Shown here in pieces: positions 20,047-29,528 of a stretch of DNA of 46,097 nt. This stretch comes from a bacterium (GTDB lineage: Bacteria; Patescibacteriota; Minisyncoccia; Phycocordibacterales; CAIZLB01): positions 1 through 46,097 of the forward strand of contig JBAXXP010000005.1 in assembly GCA_037127815.1 (NCBI GenBank). Direction: 5' to 3'. How positions within the stretch are numbered: the first letter of the stretch is position 1; each line of letters begins with the position of its first letter. A model generated the notes under the pieces. The model did not search any database. It was given only the letters and a program-made list of their open reading frames with translations, and was not told the DNA's origin. The translations under genes were made by a program, and so were the position numbers.

Positions 20047-20091
20047 ATAGGTACAGAGTATACACTACTGGCGCGGATTATCAAGCCCCCT

Positions 20092-20119
20092 TGTGGATAA
20101 TTAGCCTTACTGTGGATAA
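20092..20119 (-). promoter_or_regulatory. Two tandem perfect DnaA boxes
   Basis: TGTGGATAA at 20092-20100 and 20111-20119. Confidence 0.6.
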
Positions 20120-20161
20120 TGGCCTATATTACCACTATTTATATGTTAAAATAGCAGTATC

Positions 20162-20557
20162 ATGAACGATTTACAATTTGACGATAGTTTGCAATCACCA
20201 GCACCAGGTAATGGCAGTTTATTGTATTCTAGATTCCAAAAAAGTGATAAACGTCCATCAATGGTCAATTTTCTAATCACAAAGGGTATCATTAAGTCAG
20301 AAAAGGCAGCGAACAACATGTTGCTTGCTCTTTCAGCCTTATTTTTGCTTTCATCTTTTGGTGTAATTTATTATTTCTTCTACTACACACCAAGTGCACC
20401 AGCTGGTCAAAGAAACCTTCCTGTACCTGTTCAAATCATGCAAAAGACAAATGAATACGTACAACAAGGTATTGACCCAACAGAGGCAAGACAAAGAGCT
20501 ACACAAGAGGTTATGAATGCAGAAATACCAACAGGTTCACCTGCTCCAGTTAAATAA
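20162..20557 (+). CDS. Hypothetical single-TM protein
   Basis: 131-aa ORF with TM segment; resembles the next ORF. Confidence 0.75.
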   Translation: MNDLQFDDSLQSPAPGNGSLLYSRFQKSDKRPSMVNFLITKGIIKSEKAANNMLLALSALFLLSSFGVIYYFFYYTPSAPAGQRNLPVPVQIMQKTNEYVQQGIDPTEARQRATQEVMNAEIPTGSPAPVK

Positions 20558-20571
20558 ATATTTTAAACTTT

Positions 20572-20853
20572 ATGCCTATAGAATTTGAAGAATACAAAGC
20601 AGGAGAGCAAATGTTTAGCCCAAATGGAAGATCTTTGGGTAAAGCACCAGCTGTTAAAGAAAAAAGACCAAGTTCTATCTTGGGTTTTTTGATAGCACTT
20701 AAACTTGCCAAGAATGAGGATCATGCAAAGTTTATTTTGCTTATAGTCATCATCATCGCAGTCGGACTGACGATGTATTTTGGAATAAATACATACAGAG
20801 ATTTTCATCCGGATGTATACGTTGCACCTATAGATTTGAATCAATTAAAGTAG
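20572..20853 (+). CDS. Hypothetical single-TM protein (paralog-like)
   Basis: 93 aa; RPSSILGFLIALKLAKNEDHAKFILL vs RPSMVNFLITKGIIKSEKAANNMLL. Confidence 0.7.
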   Translation: MPIEFEEYKAGEQMFSPNGRSLGKAPAVKEKRPSSILGFLIALKLAKNEDHAKFILLIVIIIAVGLTMYFGINTYRDFHPDVYVAPIDLNQLK

Positions 20854-20863
20854 AATCAAAATC

Positions 20864-22069
20864 TTATTCCTCTTCTGTAATCATCGCCGGTTTATCTATA
20901 ACAATAGGATCAATCTCCGCAGTAACTGCACTTTCTGTGATTCTCATAACATCTTTATCTACCTTCGCAAGCTCTCTGTGTGCCTTATTATAATGGCTCA
21001 CTGTAGTCCCCAGAGACTTACCTAATGATTGCATGAATTGCTCGTATGCACCCAAATGCTTTCCCAGGTCCTCTACCCTTTTTCTAATCTCCTTTGCTGA
21101 TTCCTCAATTTGTAGTGCCTTTAGACCTTGTAGCACGGTCTGTAAGTAGGCGAGGAAGGATGTTGGTGAAGTAATGATCACATGCTTCTCTTTGAACGCA
21201 TATTCAATCAAATCTCTTGTATTTATTTTAACAGATCCAACTTGTGCTACCAACAAATCGTAATAAATGGCTTCGTGAGGAATAAACATAAAAGCAAATT
21301 CCATAGTATTTTCTGAAGGCTTAATATATTTTGAAGTCTCATCGATTCTTGCTTTTAAATCATTTCTAAACTGTTTCTCTAGCTTTTCTTTTTCAATAGG
21401 ATCTCTTTCTGCTGATAGTCTATTGTAATTCTCTAAACTAAACTTTGAGTCAATTGGAATAATTTTATCTTTAACAAAAACAACAGCATCCACAATGGTT
21501 CCATCTTTAAATGGATATTGCATTTGAAAGCTTCCTATTGGTAAAACATTCTTAAGCAGTGTTTCTAGATAATATTCACCCAAAATTCCACGTTGTTTTG
21601 GATTCTTTAATATATCCTGCAAGCTTTGTAGTTGATCTGCAAATGATACAACCTGTCTGTTAGTTTCATCGAGTTTTGTAAGACGCTCTGTTACATCCTT
21701 AAGTAACTTAAAAGATTCAGTTGTTTGATGTTGCACTGATTCTCTCATTTCTTTTGACGATTGATACATCTTGTTATCCATATTCTTTGCAACATCGCCC
21801 AGCTTATTGTCCACCGTTTTTGCTACATCTCCAAGCTTGCTGTCTACGTTTCTAGATAGCTCATTTAACTGCTGTAACAGTATTTGCTGAGAGGATTGGA
21901 TAATCTGTTGAGTTGATTGGTCCTTGGCAAAGAACATAGCCTTTTCTTCCTCGCTAAAGCCCTTTGGGGCGCCTGACTTACGCATCAAAATAAACAGAAC
22001 AACAATATTGATAATGACTATCAATAAAGCTATAATAATAACCGCAATTGTGCTGGAAGATATATTCAT
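20864..22069 (-). CDS. rmuC: DNA recombination protein RmuC
   Basis: RGILGE, IPIDSKFSLENY, FMFIPHEAIY, ITSPTSFLAYL; start MNISSS at 22069. Confidence 0.95.
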   Translation of the reverse strand: MNISSSTIAVIIIALLIVIINIVVLFILMRKSGAPKGFSEEEKAMFFAKDQSTQQIIQSSQQILLQQLNELSRNVDSKLGDVAKTVDNKLGDVAKNMDNKMYQSSKEMRESVQHQTTESFKLLKDVTERLTKLDETNRQVVSFADQLQSLQDILKNPKQRGILGEYYLETLLKNVLPIGSFQMQYPFKDGTIVDAVVFVKDKIIPIDSKFSLENYNRLSAERDPIEKEKLEKQFRNDLKARIDETSKYIKPSENTMEFAFMFIPHEAIYYDLLVAQVGSVKINTRDLIEYAFKEKHVIITSPTSFLAYLQTVLQGLKALQIEESAKEIRKRVEDLGKHLGAYEQFMQSLGKSLGTTVSHYNKAHRELAKVDKDVMRITESAVTAEIDPIVIDKPAMITEEE

Positions 22070-22126
22070 GGTAATGATTATACCAAATAACTTAAGAATT
22101 AAACAATCCAAATAACAACAAAAAAT

Positions 22127-22588
22127 ATGACAATCTCAGAACAAATTAGAGCCGAGCTTAAGGAAGCCATGATAGCAAAAGATTCAGTAAAAATGATGAC
22201 TCTTCGTGGTCTACTTTCTGGTTTTACAAATGAACTAGTGGCTGTTGGCAAGAAACCTCAAGACATAATAACTGACGAGGAAGCAATAGCTGTTATAAAG
22301 CGTGCTGTTAAGCAAAGAAAAGATGCTATTGAGCAATTTACAAACGGAGGAAGAGCTGATCTTGCAGATTCAGAGAAGGCAGAACTTGCTTTGCTTGAAG
22401 TCTATATGCCAGCACAAATGTCTCGTGAAGAAATTCAGAAGATTGTAGAAGCTAAAAAAGCAGAGCTTGGAGTTGATACAACAGATAAGACAAAAGCAGG
22501 ACTTCTAATGAGCACATGCATGAAAGAATTAAAAGGAAAAGCTGATGGTGGAGACGTAAAGGCAGTTGTTGATGCAATGTTTGCATAG
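22127..22588 (+). CDS. yqeY: GatB/YqeY domain protein
   Basis: ELKEAMIAKD...KQRKDAIEQF...GRADLA...ELALLEVYMPAQMS. Confidence 0.95.
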   Translation: MTISEQIRAELKEAMIAKDSVKMMTLRGLLSGFTNELVAVGKKPQDIITDEEAIAVIKRAVKQRKDAIEQFTNGGRADLADSEKAELALLEVYMPAQMSREEIQKIVEAKKAELGVDTTDKTKAGLLMSTCMKELKGKADGGDVKAVVDAMFA

Positions 22589-22610
22589 TAGGTATTACAA
22601 AAATGGAATA

Positions 22611-22643
22611 AAAAGAGGGCCGACGCTTGCGCGTCGGCCCTTG
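22611..22643. terminator. Bidirectional terminator
   Basis: AGGGCCGACGC-TTGC-GCGTCGGCCCT between convergent genes. Confidence 0.8.
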
Positions 22644-22689
22644 TTGGTTGTTGAGGCAAGATACGTATAGAGTACCTAGCCTAAAATTG

Positions 22690-23094
22690 TTATCGAACCT
22701 TGGTGTTTCCACCAGAGTCCGCTGTCTTCCTAACTGCTCTTGAGCAGATAGGACCATCGTGAAGTAACCTGAAGACCTTTGCAGGTACGAAGTCCTCTGG
22801 TGTAGCCATAGCCACCTCAGAGAGTTCGCTGAAGGCTTGGAGCTCCTTTGCTTTGATGTCATCACGGCAAACCGTGCCAGCATCTTCGGCGTAGGTGTGC
22901 AAGCACAACACATAGTTGTTGCTTGCAGTCTGGGCCTTACTGGCCAGACGCTCCAATTCTACGTACCTCGGGTCGTGCAATGCTCTCCGGACTCCGTCCA
23001 GATAGAATGCACAGACCATAAGGAAAATCACGGCGGTGACAACCTGCAGCGCAGCTGCAAAGTTGCCCTTACTTACAGAGCGACGTTTGTTCAT
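22690..23094 (-). CDS. Orphan hypothetical protein with N-terminal TM
   Basis: Perfect TTGACA-N17-TACTAT promoter 9 nt before ATG; visibly more GC-rich than flanks. Confidence 0.7.
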   Translation of the reverse strand: MNKRRSVSKGNFAAALQVVTAVIFLMVCAFYLDGVRRALHDPRYVELERLASKAQTASNNYVLCLHTYAEDAGTVCRDDIKAKELQAFSELSEVAMATPEDFVPAKVFRLLHDGPICSRAVRKTADSGGNTKVR

Positions 23095-23188
23095 CTACGT
23101 GAAATAGTAGCATGATTAGCTCATTCTGTCAAGCAAATCACAGGCAAAACTCCTCCTTTAGCCATACAACAGGCTCCGTATATAGGAA

Positions 23189-23219
23189 CAGCGCATTCAC
23201 CATAGTGGTGAATGCGCTG
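23189..23219. repeat. Perfect 14-bp stem hairpin without a clear U tract
   Basis: CAGCGCATTCACCA-TAG-TGGTGAATGCGCTG. Confidence 0.8.
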
Positions 23220-23238
23220 GGTTTGTAGCTTGGGATGA

Positions 23239-23532
23239 TTAGTCCTTAACTACTGACTTTGCTGATAGTATCAGACTACCTTCTGGTGGTTCTCCGTAGA
23301 ACCTATTCGCCAGAGGGCCATAATGATGTTCAGCAATAATGAACACCTCGTATCCGCCCTTTTCATCATCCTGAGGGACAAGAACGCGATAAGAAGTTTC
23401 ATCATCTCGAAACAGAACTCCATTTTCCAAGCAATCCGCCTTGCGTCTGACCATGGCGCAGTACAGAGCATATTGAGCCATCCTAAGGACATCAGTGATT
23501 GGCTTTTTATGATGCGTGAGTAATCTATTCAT
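23239..23532 (-). CDS. Orphan hypothetical protein
   Basis: 97-aa ORF; upstream TTGACA-N17-CATTGT at 23709-23681. Confidence 0.6.
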   Translation of the reverse strand: MNRLLTHHKKPITDVLRMAQYALYCAMVRRKADCLENGVLFRDDETSYRVLVPQDDEKGGYEVFIIAEHHYGPLANRFYGEPPEGSLILSAKSVVKD

Positions 23533-23786
23533 TCTGAGTAATTCTATTGTTAATTGTTATTTGAGTTTACTAGAAGCCAGTTATTTGCAACACCTCATGT
23601 TAGCAAATACCTTCAGACTTCATCGCAAAACTCAAATGACACAAAACATATCTATAAAACTTCAAACTTGTCTATTTATGACAATGCCATATCATGGAGA
23701 AAATGTCAACTATTAAAAAAAATTAGATTCCCTTCTTTAAGACCTTTATGCTACAATCGATTAAACACATAACTAATTAAATAAAT

Positions 23787-24317
23787 ATGAAAATAATAAT
23801 CTGCACAGAAAATAAAGCTAAAGTTCAAGCAGTAGAGAGCGTACTTAATAGAGTTTGGTCAGATTTTTCACTTATTAATGAGAAATTTGATTCAGATATT
23901 TCTGAACAACCATTATCAGAAGCTGAAGGAATTGAAGGAGCAATGAACAGGGCAAACAACGCCAAACTAAAACATGAAGATGCAGATTATTATATTGGAA
24001 TGGAAGGATATGTTGATACAAATGATTATGGAATGTTCTTGGCAGGAGTTGTTGTTGTCATAGACAAAAACGGCAAAACAGGAATTGGATCAAGTGCAAA
24101 AATGCAATTACCAATTAGTATTCAGAAGAAAATTGAAGAAGGCCAAGAACTTGGTCCACTCATGAAGGAGTTGATGAAGGATTCAACTGATTCAATAAGA
24201 CAACTTGATGGTACAAACGGTATTCTATCTAAGGGTTTATATAATAGAGTTGACGAGTTTAAAAACGCCACGGAGTGTGCGTTAACTAGATTTCAGTCAC
24301 CTGAGTTTTTTGACTAG
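23787..24317 (+). CDS. yjjX: Inosine/xanthosine triphosphatase (YjjX/DUF84)
   Basis: TENKAKVQAV, SDISEQPLS, GAMNRA, IGMEG, GTNGILSKG..NR. Confidence 0.9.
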   Translation: MKIIICTENKAKVQAVESVLNRVWSDFSLINEKFDSDISEQPLSEAEGIEGAMNRANNAKLKHEDADYYIGMEGYVDTNDYGMFLAGVVVVIDKNGKTGIGSSAKMQLPISIQKKIEEGQELGPLMKELMKDSTDSIRQLDGTNGILSKGLYNRVDEFKNATECALTRFQSPEFFD

Positions 24318-24381
24318 TTGAATTGGAATCAGACACAATAGTATTTGACCCAGCAATACCTAATCTCAACCCTAACTCAAT

Positions 24382-24798
24382 CTATTGTTCGATACTCTCG
24401 ATCTCCTTTTTTGTTTTAGCAAAATCTCCATCATAAAGAATAGTGTTAATGCCAAGTGCAAATGCAGCGTCGAGAAATATTTGTGTATTATCAATAAATA
24501 CAACCTCTTTGGCTTTCAAACCCATAGTAAACAAAATCTGTCTGTATATTTCAGGTTCGTCTTTACTTAACTTAGCCTTTGCAGAGGTCATTACCAGTTT
24601 AAATAATCTATCTATGCCATCTTTTTTGAGAGTATCATCAAGATCTAAATCAGTATCTGAGATAAGAACAAAAATATATTTTTCCTGATTAGTTTTTATA
24701 AACTGTATAAGCTCCGCGTTAAGGCAGGCCATACCATTATTGTTCAAATATAGTACTCCTCCAGCATCGACGAAAATTGTTTTAATTGTGTTTTTCAT
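24382..24798 (-). CDS. HAD family hydrolase (short, cap-less)
   Basis: FVDAGGVL, LISDT, K.EPEIY, VFIDN; second Asp of motif I is Gly. Confidence 0.8.
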   Translation of the reverse strand: MKNTIKTIFVDAGGVLYLNNNGMACLNAELIQFIKTNQEKYIFVLISDTDLDLDDTLKKDGIDRLFKLVMTSAKAKLSKDEPEIYRQILFTMGLKAKEVVFIDNTQIFLDAAFALGINTILYDGDFAKTKKEIESIEQ

Positions 24799-24803
24799 TT
24801 TTA

Positions 24804-25457
24804 TTATCTTTTACCAATTTTTAAATTCTTGTAATGTCCGGCAAATCTGAAATTTTTAACATACGGAAATAAAATCAGTAATACAAGTGCCGCAACAATA
24901 TTCAGTGAGGAAGCTAGAATAAATACAGCTTCAAAGCCAAATACCGTTGCAATATAGCCACCAGTCAACCCTCCAATTGATGTAGAAACAGTTAGGCCTC
25001 CAACACTGAACAAACTCCATTCGAAACCCTGACTCTCTCTATCAATATGATGAGAAAATATTGCATAATAAGCAGCAAAAATACAAGCATCTGCAATACC
25101 TGTTAAAATTTGTAAGAAATATAGATCATTAATATTTTTAATAAACAGATATGCCAGACTGTAGAATATTGCTAATATTATACCTAAAAGCAGAACGTAA
25201 AAATCATCTCTCTCCCCTTTTGCAATATCTAATCTTCTAGCAATTGGGATTTGAAATATAGCTTTTACAATAGAATAGATTGCGATTGACACACCAACAG
25301 TAGCCAAAGTTGCACCTATTATATTTTGCGTAATAAAAATCGCAATTATTGGCATATATAAACCGGCAGATACATTAAAAATAAAAACAAAAGCTAGTAA
25401 GGTTTTTATAGCTTTGTTTATAATTGGCTTATTCTCGGCTCTATTTTGCAACGTCAT
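24804..25457 (-). CDS. MFS-type transporter half (about 6 TM)
   Basis: FQIPIARRLDIAKGERDD loop 2-3 motif; only ~217 aa; likely start MTLQNR. Confidence 0.8.
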   Translation of the reverse strand: MTLQNRAENKPIINKAIKTLLAFVFIFNVSAGLYMPIIAIFITQNIIGATLATVGVSIAIYSIVKAIFQIPIARRLDIAKGERDDFYVLLLGIILAIFYSLAYLFIKNINDLYFLQILTGIADACIFAAYYAIFSHHIDRESQGFEWSLFSVGGLTVSTSIGGLTGGYIATVFGFEAVFILASSLNIVAALVLLILFPYVKNFRFAGHYKNLKIGKR

Positions 25458-25917
25458 AATCGTAAGCGATTTTAATTTCTGACGCCATAATTGCATCTTC
25501 CAACAAATCAACCTGGTCCTTAAGGCCTTCTTCTTTCAACCTAGGAATTGTTTGGTTTTTTAATATCTCAATATTAGCCTTCCAATCCTCAAGCTCTTTT
25601 TTTGTAAGTATGTACCTACCACTGACTGATCCCTCCATTTTTCTAGAAACTGATGAGGCAAGCATCTCATCACCTCTTTTAATCATATCTGCAAATTCTT
25701 CATATGTTGAATGTAAATTTTCAGTATCTACTTTTGGTAAGAATGTTCTATATGACTCTTCTAAATAATTATTCATCTTAATCAATTCTTCCTGTTTCAT
25801 TTCAACTATCGCCATATATAATTCTATAGAGTTCATTCTTACCTCAACTGAGTTTACTAACCCCATTTCTTCTACTGATAATACTGGTTTTTTGCTTTCT
25901 GGTGATGATTCATTCAT
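25441..25917 (-). CDS. Hypothetical helical protein
   Basis: 158-aa ORF preceded by TGCTATTAT 6 nt before ATG. Confidence 0.7.
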   Translation of the reverse strand: MNESSPESKKPVLSVEEMGLVNSVEVRMNSIELYMAIVEMKQEELIKMNNYLEESYRTFLPKVDTENLHSTYEEFADMIKRGDEMLASSVSRKMEGSVSGRYILTKKELEDWKANIEILKNQTIPRLKEEGLKDQVDLLEDAIMASEIKIAYDYDVAK

Positions 25918-25979
25918 AGACTAATAATAGCACAATTGATAATTTACGACCAAATGATTACATAGGTTCAAGTCAGGTA

Positions 25980-26540
25980 TTACAAACCCATTAATTCCTC
26001 AACTTTCTCCAATACTAGGGGAATTTCTTTATATCCAGCTTTTTTATTCAAATGCTGTCCTCCTTGTATGGTATATAGTTCTGCTCCAAGATTTGTTTCA
26101 AGTTCTTCAGCTTGCCAATACGGAACATGAGGATCATTGTCTGAACTTATTGCGATGATTTTATTTGCCACTCTTTTTATTTTTTCAAAATCCAAAGGAA
26201 TATCAAAAAAACTATTTAATTCCGTAAAATGAATAGGACTCACAAAGCCTGCAACAAGAACTGCCCCACCAGTCTTTATTTCAGGATTTAAATTATTTAA
26301 ATATTGCACAATTGTAATACAACCCAAACTGTGACCTACAAAGTATGTATTTTCATCAGGATTCAATACCTCAGATTGTATATAAGGTAGCCATTCAGAA
26401 CATATTGGGTGATCAGTATTTGGCATTGCTAAAACTTTTACTGTCACATCATCAATTTTTTCCAATTCCGATTTTAGCCATGGAAACCAATTACCATCAG
26501 GGGTTCCTGTGTAGCCATGAACTATATATACTTTTTTCAT
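25980..26540 (-). CDS. RBBP9/YdeN family alpha/beta hydrolase
   Basis: IVHGY..P.GNWFPWL, VGHSLGC nucleophile elbow, SDNDPHVP, GGQHL. Confidence 0.92.
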   Translation of the reverse strand: MKKVYIVHGYTGTPDGNWFPWLKSELEKIDDVTVKVLAMPNTDHPICSEWLPYIQSEVLNPDENTYFVGHSLGCITIVQYLNNLNPEIKTGGAVLVAGFVSPIHFTELNSFFDIPLDFEKIKRVANKIIAISSDNDPHVPYWQAEELETNLGAELYTIQGGQHLNKKAGYKEIPLVLEKVEELMGL

Positions 26541-26588
26541 ATTTTTAGTATAGCAGGAAAAATACAGATGACCGAGAAGTGATTAAAT

Positions 26589-26825
26589 CTAAAAAATTAT
26601 TTTAAAAATAGCAATAAGTGCAACGGCAGTCCAGATTATGTTTAGAATTCCTGGCTGATAGTTCTTTTTTTGGAAGGATACAAGAACAATTCCTAACGCG
26701 CCTGTTCCGTTAAGAATTTGATACCAGACATTATTTGGGCTAATGAAAGAAAAACTTATTAGAATATAGGCAAATACTATTGCAACCATTCCATACCAAC
26801 CATACCATTCTATGAATTTTTTCAT
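26589..26825 (-). CDS. Small membrane protein (CBU_0592-like)
   Basis: GWYGMVAIVFAYIL...YQILNGTGALG...KKNYQPGILNIIW pattern. Confidence 0.75.
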   Translation of the reverse strand: MKKFIEWYGWYGMVAIVFAYILISFSFISPNNVWYQILNGTGALGIVLVSFQKKNYQPGILNIIWTAVALIAIFKIIF

Positions 26826-26980
26826 TATATTTTAGCGATTACTTCTCATATATCTTAACATAAATAATACCTATTTACTTTGTACTTTCTTTATAATGTA
26901 ATTAAAAACACCCCCTAAGACAACGCTTAAGTCGGGTGTTATACGTCAGTTTTGCGTTACTGACACCGGGAGTATTAAAT

Positions 26981-27475
26981 TCAATCGAGGACATCTACTT
27001 TTTTAATTTCAACGCCTCTTTCTGTGAGATTAAAGTTGCCATCATACCAGACGTCGGCAATCAATTTTTCTCCTTTAAGAATACGAGGAATCCAGTGCAT
27101 ATCAGAATCCATAAATTGTTCCTTTGGTGGTAGTTCATCAACTGAAAACCATGTCGGTTCAATCATTTCACCTGAATCAGTCGGTATATCAATAATGTTG
27201 TTTACAATAAATACATGGGCTTTAAAAAGAAAGCTGTCGCCATTATGAAATTCAATATAAGCCACCTTTTCCACATCGCTCTTGCAAATTGATGCGCCTC
27301 CACTTTCTTCTCCAAATTCCCTGACTGCGCAATCGGCAAGGTCTTGGTCCGTCTCTGAATCAAAACCTCCACCGTAGCCATTCCACAGCCCAATTCCAAG
27401 AACTCGAGTCTTTTTTGCCAAAAGAACCATTCCGTCCTTGATTACAAAAACAATTGTACCAGTTCGTTCTTTCAT
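26981..27475 (-). CDS. NUDIX hydrolase, MTH1/8-oxo-dGTPase-like
   Basis: GLWNGYGGG...CAVREFGEESG, EMIEPTWF, FMDSDMHW. Confidence 0.88.
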   Translation of the reverse strand: MKERTGTIVFVIKDGMVLLAKKTRVLGIGLWNGYGGGFDSETDQDLADCAVREFGEESGGASICKSDVEKVAYIEFHNGDSFLFKAHVFIVNNIIDIPTDSGEMIEPTWFSVDELPPKEQFMDSDMHWIPRILKGEKLIADVWYDGNFNLTERGVEIKKVDVLD

Positions 27476-27528
27476 ACTATGGAAATGGTAGCATGAATTG
27501 AAATTATTAAATATGGGTACAAATGAAC

Positions 27529-27553
27529 CCCCGAACCGCTCTGCGGTTCGGGG
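27529..27553. terminator. Perfect 11-bp hairpin, probable terminator
   Basis: CCCCGAACCGC-TCT-GCGGTTCGGGG. Confidence 0.65.
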
Positions 27554-27577
27554 GATTTATATATTTGTACCTCCTTG

Positions 27578-28009
27578 TTAACGTTTAAGCTTCTTAAAGG
27601 CCCTTCTTTTTTTCGAAAGTAAACCATGAGTTCTTTCAAACCTGAATCCGTAGTCGAGCTGACCAACTATCTCTTCTAGCGTGCTTTCAGGTTTGGACAC
27701 TACACATGGAATAATACCGCATCCCTCTTTCTCGTGACTAATTGATTGTTTAAAGTGACCAATAAGTCCACGTACAGAACTCTTCACTTGGAATCGTACC
27801 CAACCGATTACCTTGTGTCGAATCCAAAGATCTACACCACAATGATCTTCATTATCATCTGATTCACAGCACTCCTCATACCACCAAGGTTTCAGTGTTT
27901 CGAGTGCATATATCACCTTAAGCTCATTAAAACGTCCAAGTTTTTTTGAGCTCAATCTTCTCCTGACTTCAGCAGGAGCAATATCTCTGAATGGATCAAT
28001 CGTTTTCAT
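27578..28009 (-). CDS. Hypothetical protein, PD-(D/E)XK nuclease-like
   Basis: ED..GVDLWI...FQVKSS motif. Confidence 0.6.
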   Translation of the reverse strand: MKTIDPFRDIAPAEVRRRLSSKKLGRFNELKVIYALETLKPWWYEECCESDDNEDHCGVDLWIRHKVIGWVRFQVKSSVRGLIGHFKQSISHEKEGCGIIPCVVSKPESTLEEIVGQLDYGFRFERTHGLLSKKRRAFKKLKR

Positions 28010-28047
28010 AACTCCATTGGCTATACTATACTATTTTAAACTAAACG

Positions 28048-28073
28048 CAAAACCGCCACTGCTGACGGTTTTG
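28048..28073 (-). terminator. trpB terminator
   Basis: CAAAACCG-CCACTGCTGA-CGGTTTTG. Confidence 0.6.
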
Positions 28074-28113
28074 ATAATTTTTTCGATTTTAAATTACTGG
28101 CTATAAAATAAAT

Positions 28114-29319
28114 CTATATCTCCAATATTTTAGCAACATAATCTATATCCTTATCTCCTCGGCCAGAAATATTAACAACCATAATCTCATCCTTACTCAA
28201 TGCTGGAGCAAGCTTTATTACATGAGCTACTGCATGAGCGCTTTCAAGGGCTGGAATAATTCCTTCAACCTTAGATAGCTCAAGAAAGGCCCTGAGAGAT
28301 TCATCATCAGAGGCTCCAACATAATCTACTCTTCCTATACTTTTTAAATATGCATGAATCGGCCCAACTCCAGGATAATCTAATCCAGATGCAATTGAAT
28401 GAACCGGCGACGGTTCCCCTTTTTCATCTTGTAAAACAATCGTTTTCATTCCGTGTATTACACCAGTCGTGCCATGTGTAATAGTCGCAGCATGTTCACC
28501 AACCTTATCACTTTTTCCAGCAGGCTCTACTCCAATTAGCTTAACTGTATCATCAAGAAATTCATGAAATAAACCAATCGCATTTGATCCCCCTCCAACA
28601 CATCCAATAATATAATCCGGCAATCTTTTTTCTTGCTCCATTATTTGTTCTCTAACTTCCCTACCAACAATTGATTGAAAATCTCTAACAATCATTGGAT
28701 ATGGATGGGGTCCGACCACTGATCCAATAGCAAAAAAAGTAGTTTTATATTCATTCATGAACTTGATAAAAGCACTGTCCACTGCATCTTTAAGACATTT
28801 TCCACCAGAAGTGACCTCAACAATTTTAGCACCTAATAATTTCATTCTTATAACATTAGGGTGTTCTTTTTCTATATCAATTGAACCCATATGAATTTCA
28901 CATTCAAGACCAAGAAGTACCGCAGCTGTTGCAAGAGCAACTCCATGTTGCCCAGCTCCAGTCTCTGCTAATAATTTTTTCTTACCCATTCTTTTGGCCA
29001 GTAGAGCTTCTCCAATACAGTGATTTATCTTATGTGCACCCGTATGATTTAGGTCCTCACGTTTAAGATATATTTTTGCTCCACCAAGTTTTTCAGTTAA
29101 ATTTTTTGCATAATACAAAGGCGATGGTCTTCCAACATAGTTCTTTAGTAAATCTAGATATTCCTTCTGAAATACTGGATCATTTTTTGCAATTAAATAT
29201 TCCCTTTCTATTTCCTTCAACACCTCAGCCAATTGAGGAGGTACAAAACTTCCTCCAAACTCTCCATAATACCCATCTATATCCGGTAAATTTTTTAACG
29301 ATTTTATTTCTTTGTTCAT
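28114..29319 (-). CDS. trpB: Tryptophan synthase beta chain, stand-alone
   Basis: [14 protein letters not shown] (PLP Lys), [40 protein letters not shown]. Confidence 0.97.
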   Translation of the reverse strand: MNKEIKSLKNLPDIDGYYGEFGGSFVPPQLAEVLKEIEREYLIAKNDPVFQKEYLDLLKNYVGRPSPLYYAKNLTEKLGGAKIYLKREDLNHTGAHKINHCIGEALLAKRMGKKKLLAETGAGQHGVALATAAVLLGLECEIHMGSIDIEKEHPNVIRMKLLGAKIVEVTSGGKCLKDAVDSAFIKFMNEYKTTFFAIGSVVGPHPYPMIVRDFQSIVGREVREQIMEQEKRLPDYIIGCVGGGSNAIGLFHEFLDDTVKLIGVEPAGKSDKVGEHAATITHGTTGVIHGMKTIVLQDEKGEPSPVHSIASGLDYPGVGPIHAYLKSIGRVDYVGASDDESLRAFLELSKVEGIIPALESAHAVAHVIKLAPALSKDEIMVVNISGRGDKDIDYVAKILEI

Positions 29320-29420
29320 ATAATTTTATTTATTTAATAACTAACTAACAGCAGACGTTTAGTAGTTACGCCAAAATTCAGTACAATGATTTTTAAAAAT
29401 AAATTTAGTCATATAGATAA

Positions 29421-29528
29421 AACAAAAACTCCCACAATCTGTGGGAGTTTTTGTTATTTAAGGAGATAATTATAAATACAACAAAAGCTACCCACTAATG
29501 TGAGTTGCCCACCAAGTTGTATTTATAA
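29421..29528 (-). promoter_or_regulatory. Trp transcriptional attenuator (anti-antiterminator, antiterminator, terminator)
   Basis: 13-bp 1:2 stem (29516-28 with 29470-82); 2:3 pairing of 29473-95 with 29441-60; 16-bp terminator 29421-55 with T tract. Confidence 0.9.

Noticed and set aside
20080-20160. oriC at the tandem DnaA boxes
   Set aside because: Only two boxes in a ~115-bp intergenic region with promoters; no dnaA/dnaN nearby and no clear unwinding element.
22435-22913. Alternative overlapping ORFs (22435..22659, 22452..22913, 22837..23115)
   Set aside because: They overlap yqeY or the promoter-supported ORF 22690..23094; shadow frames of GC-richer DNA.
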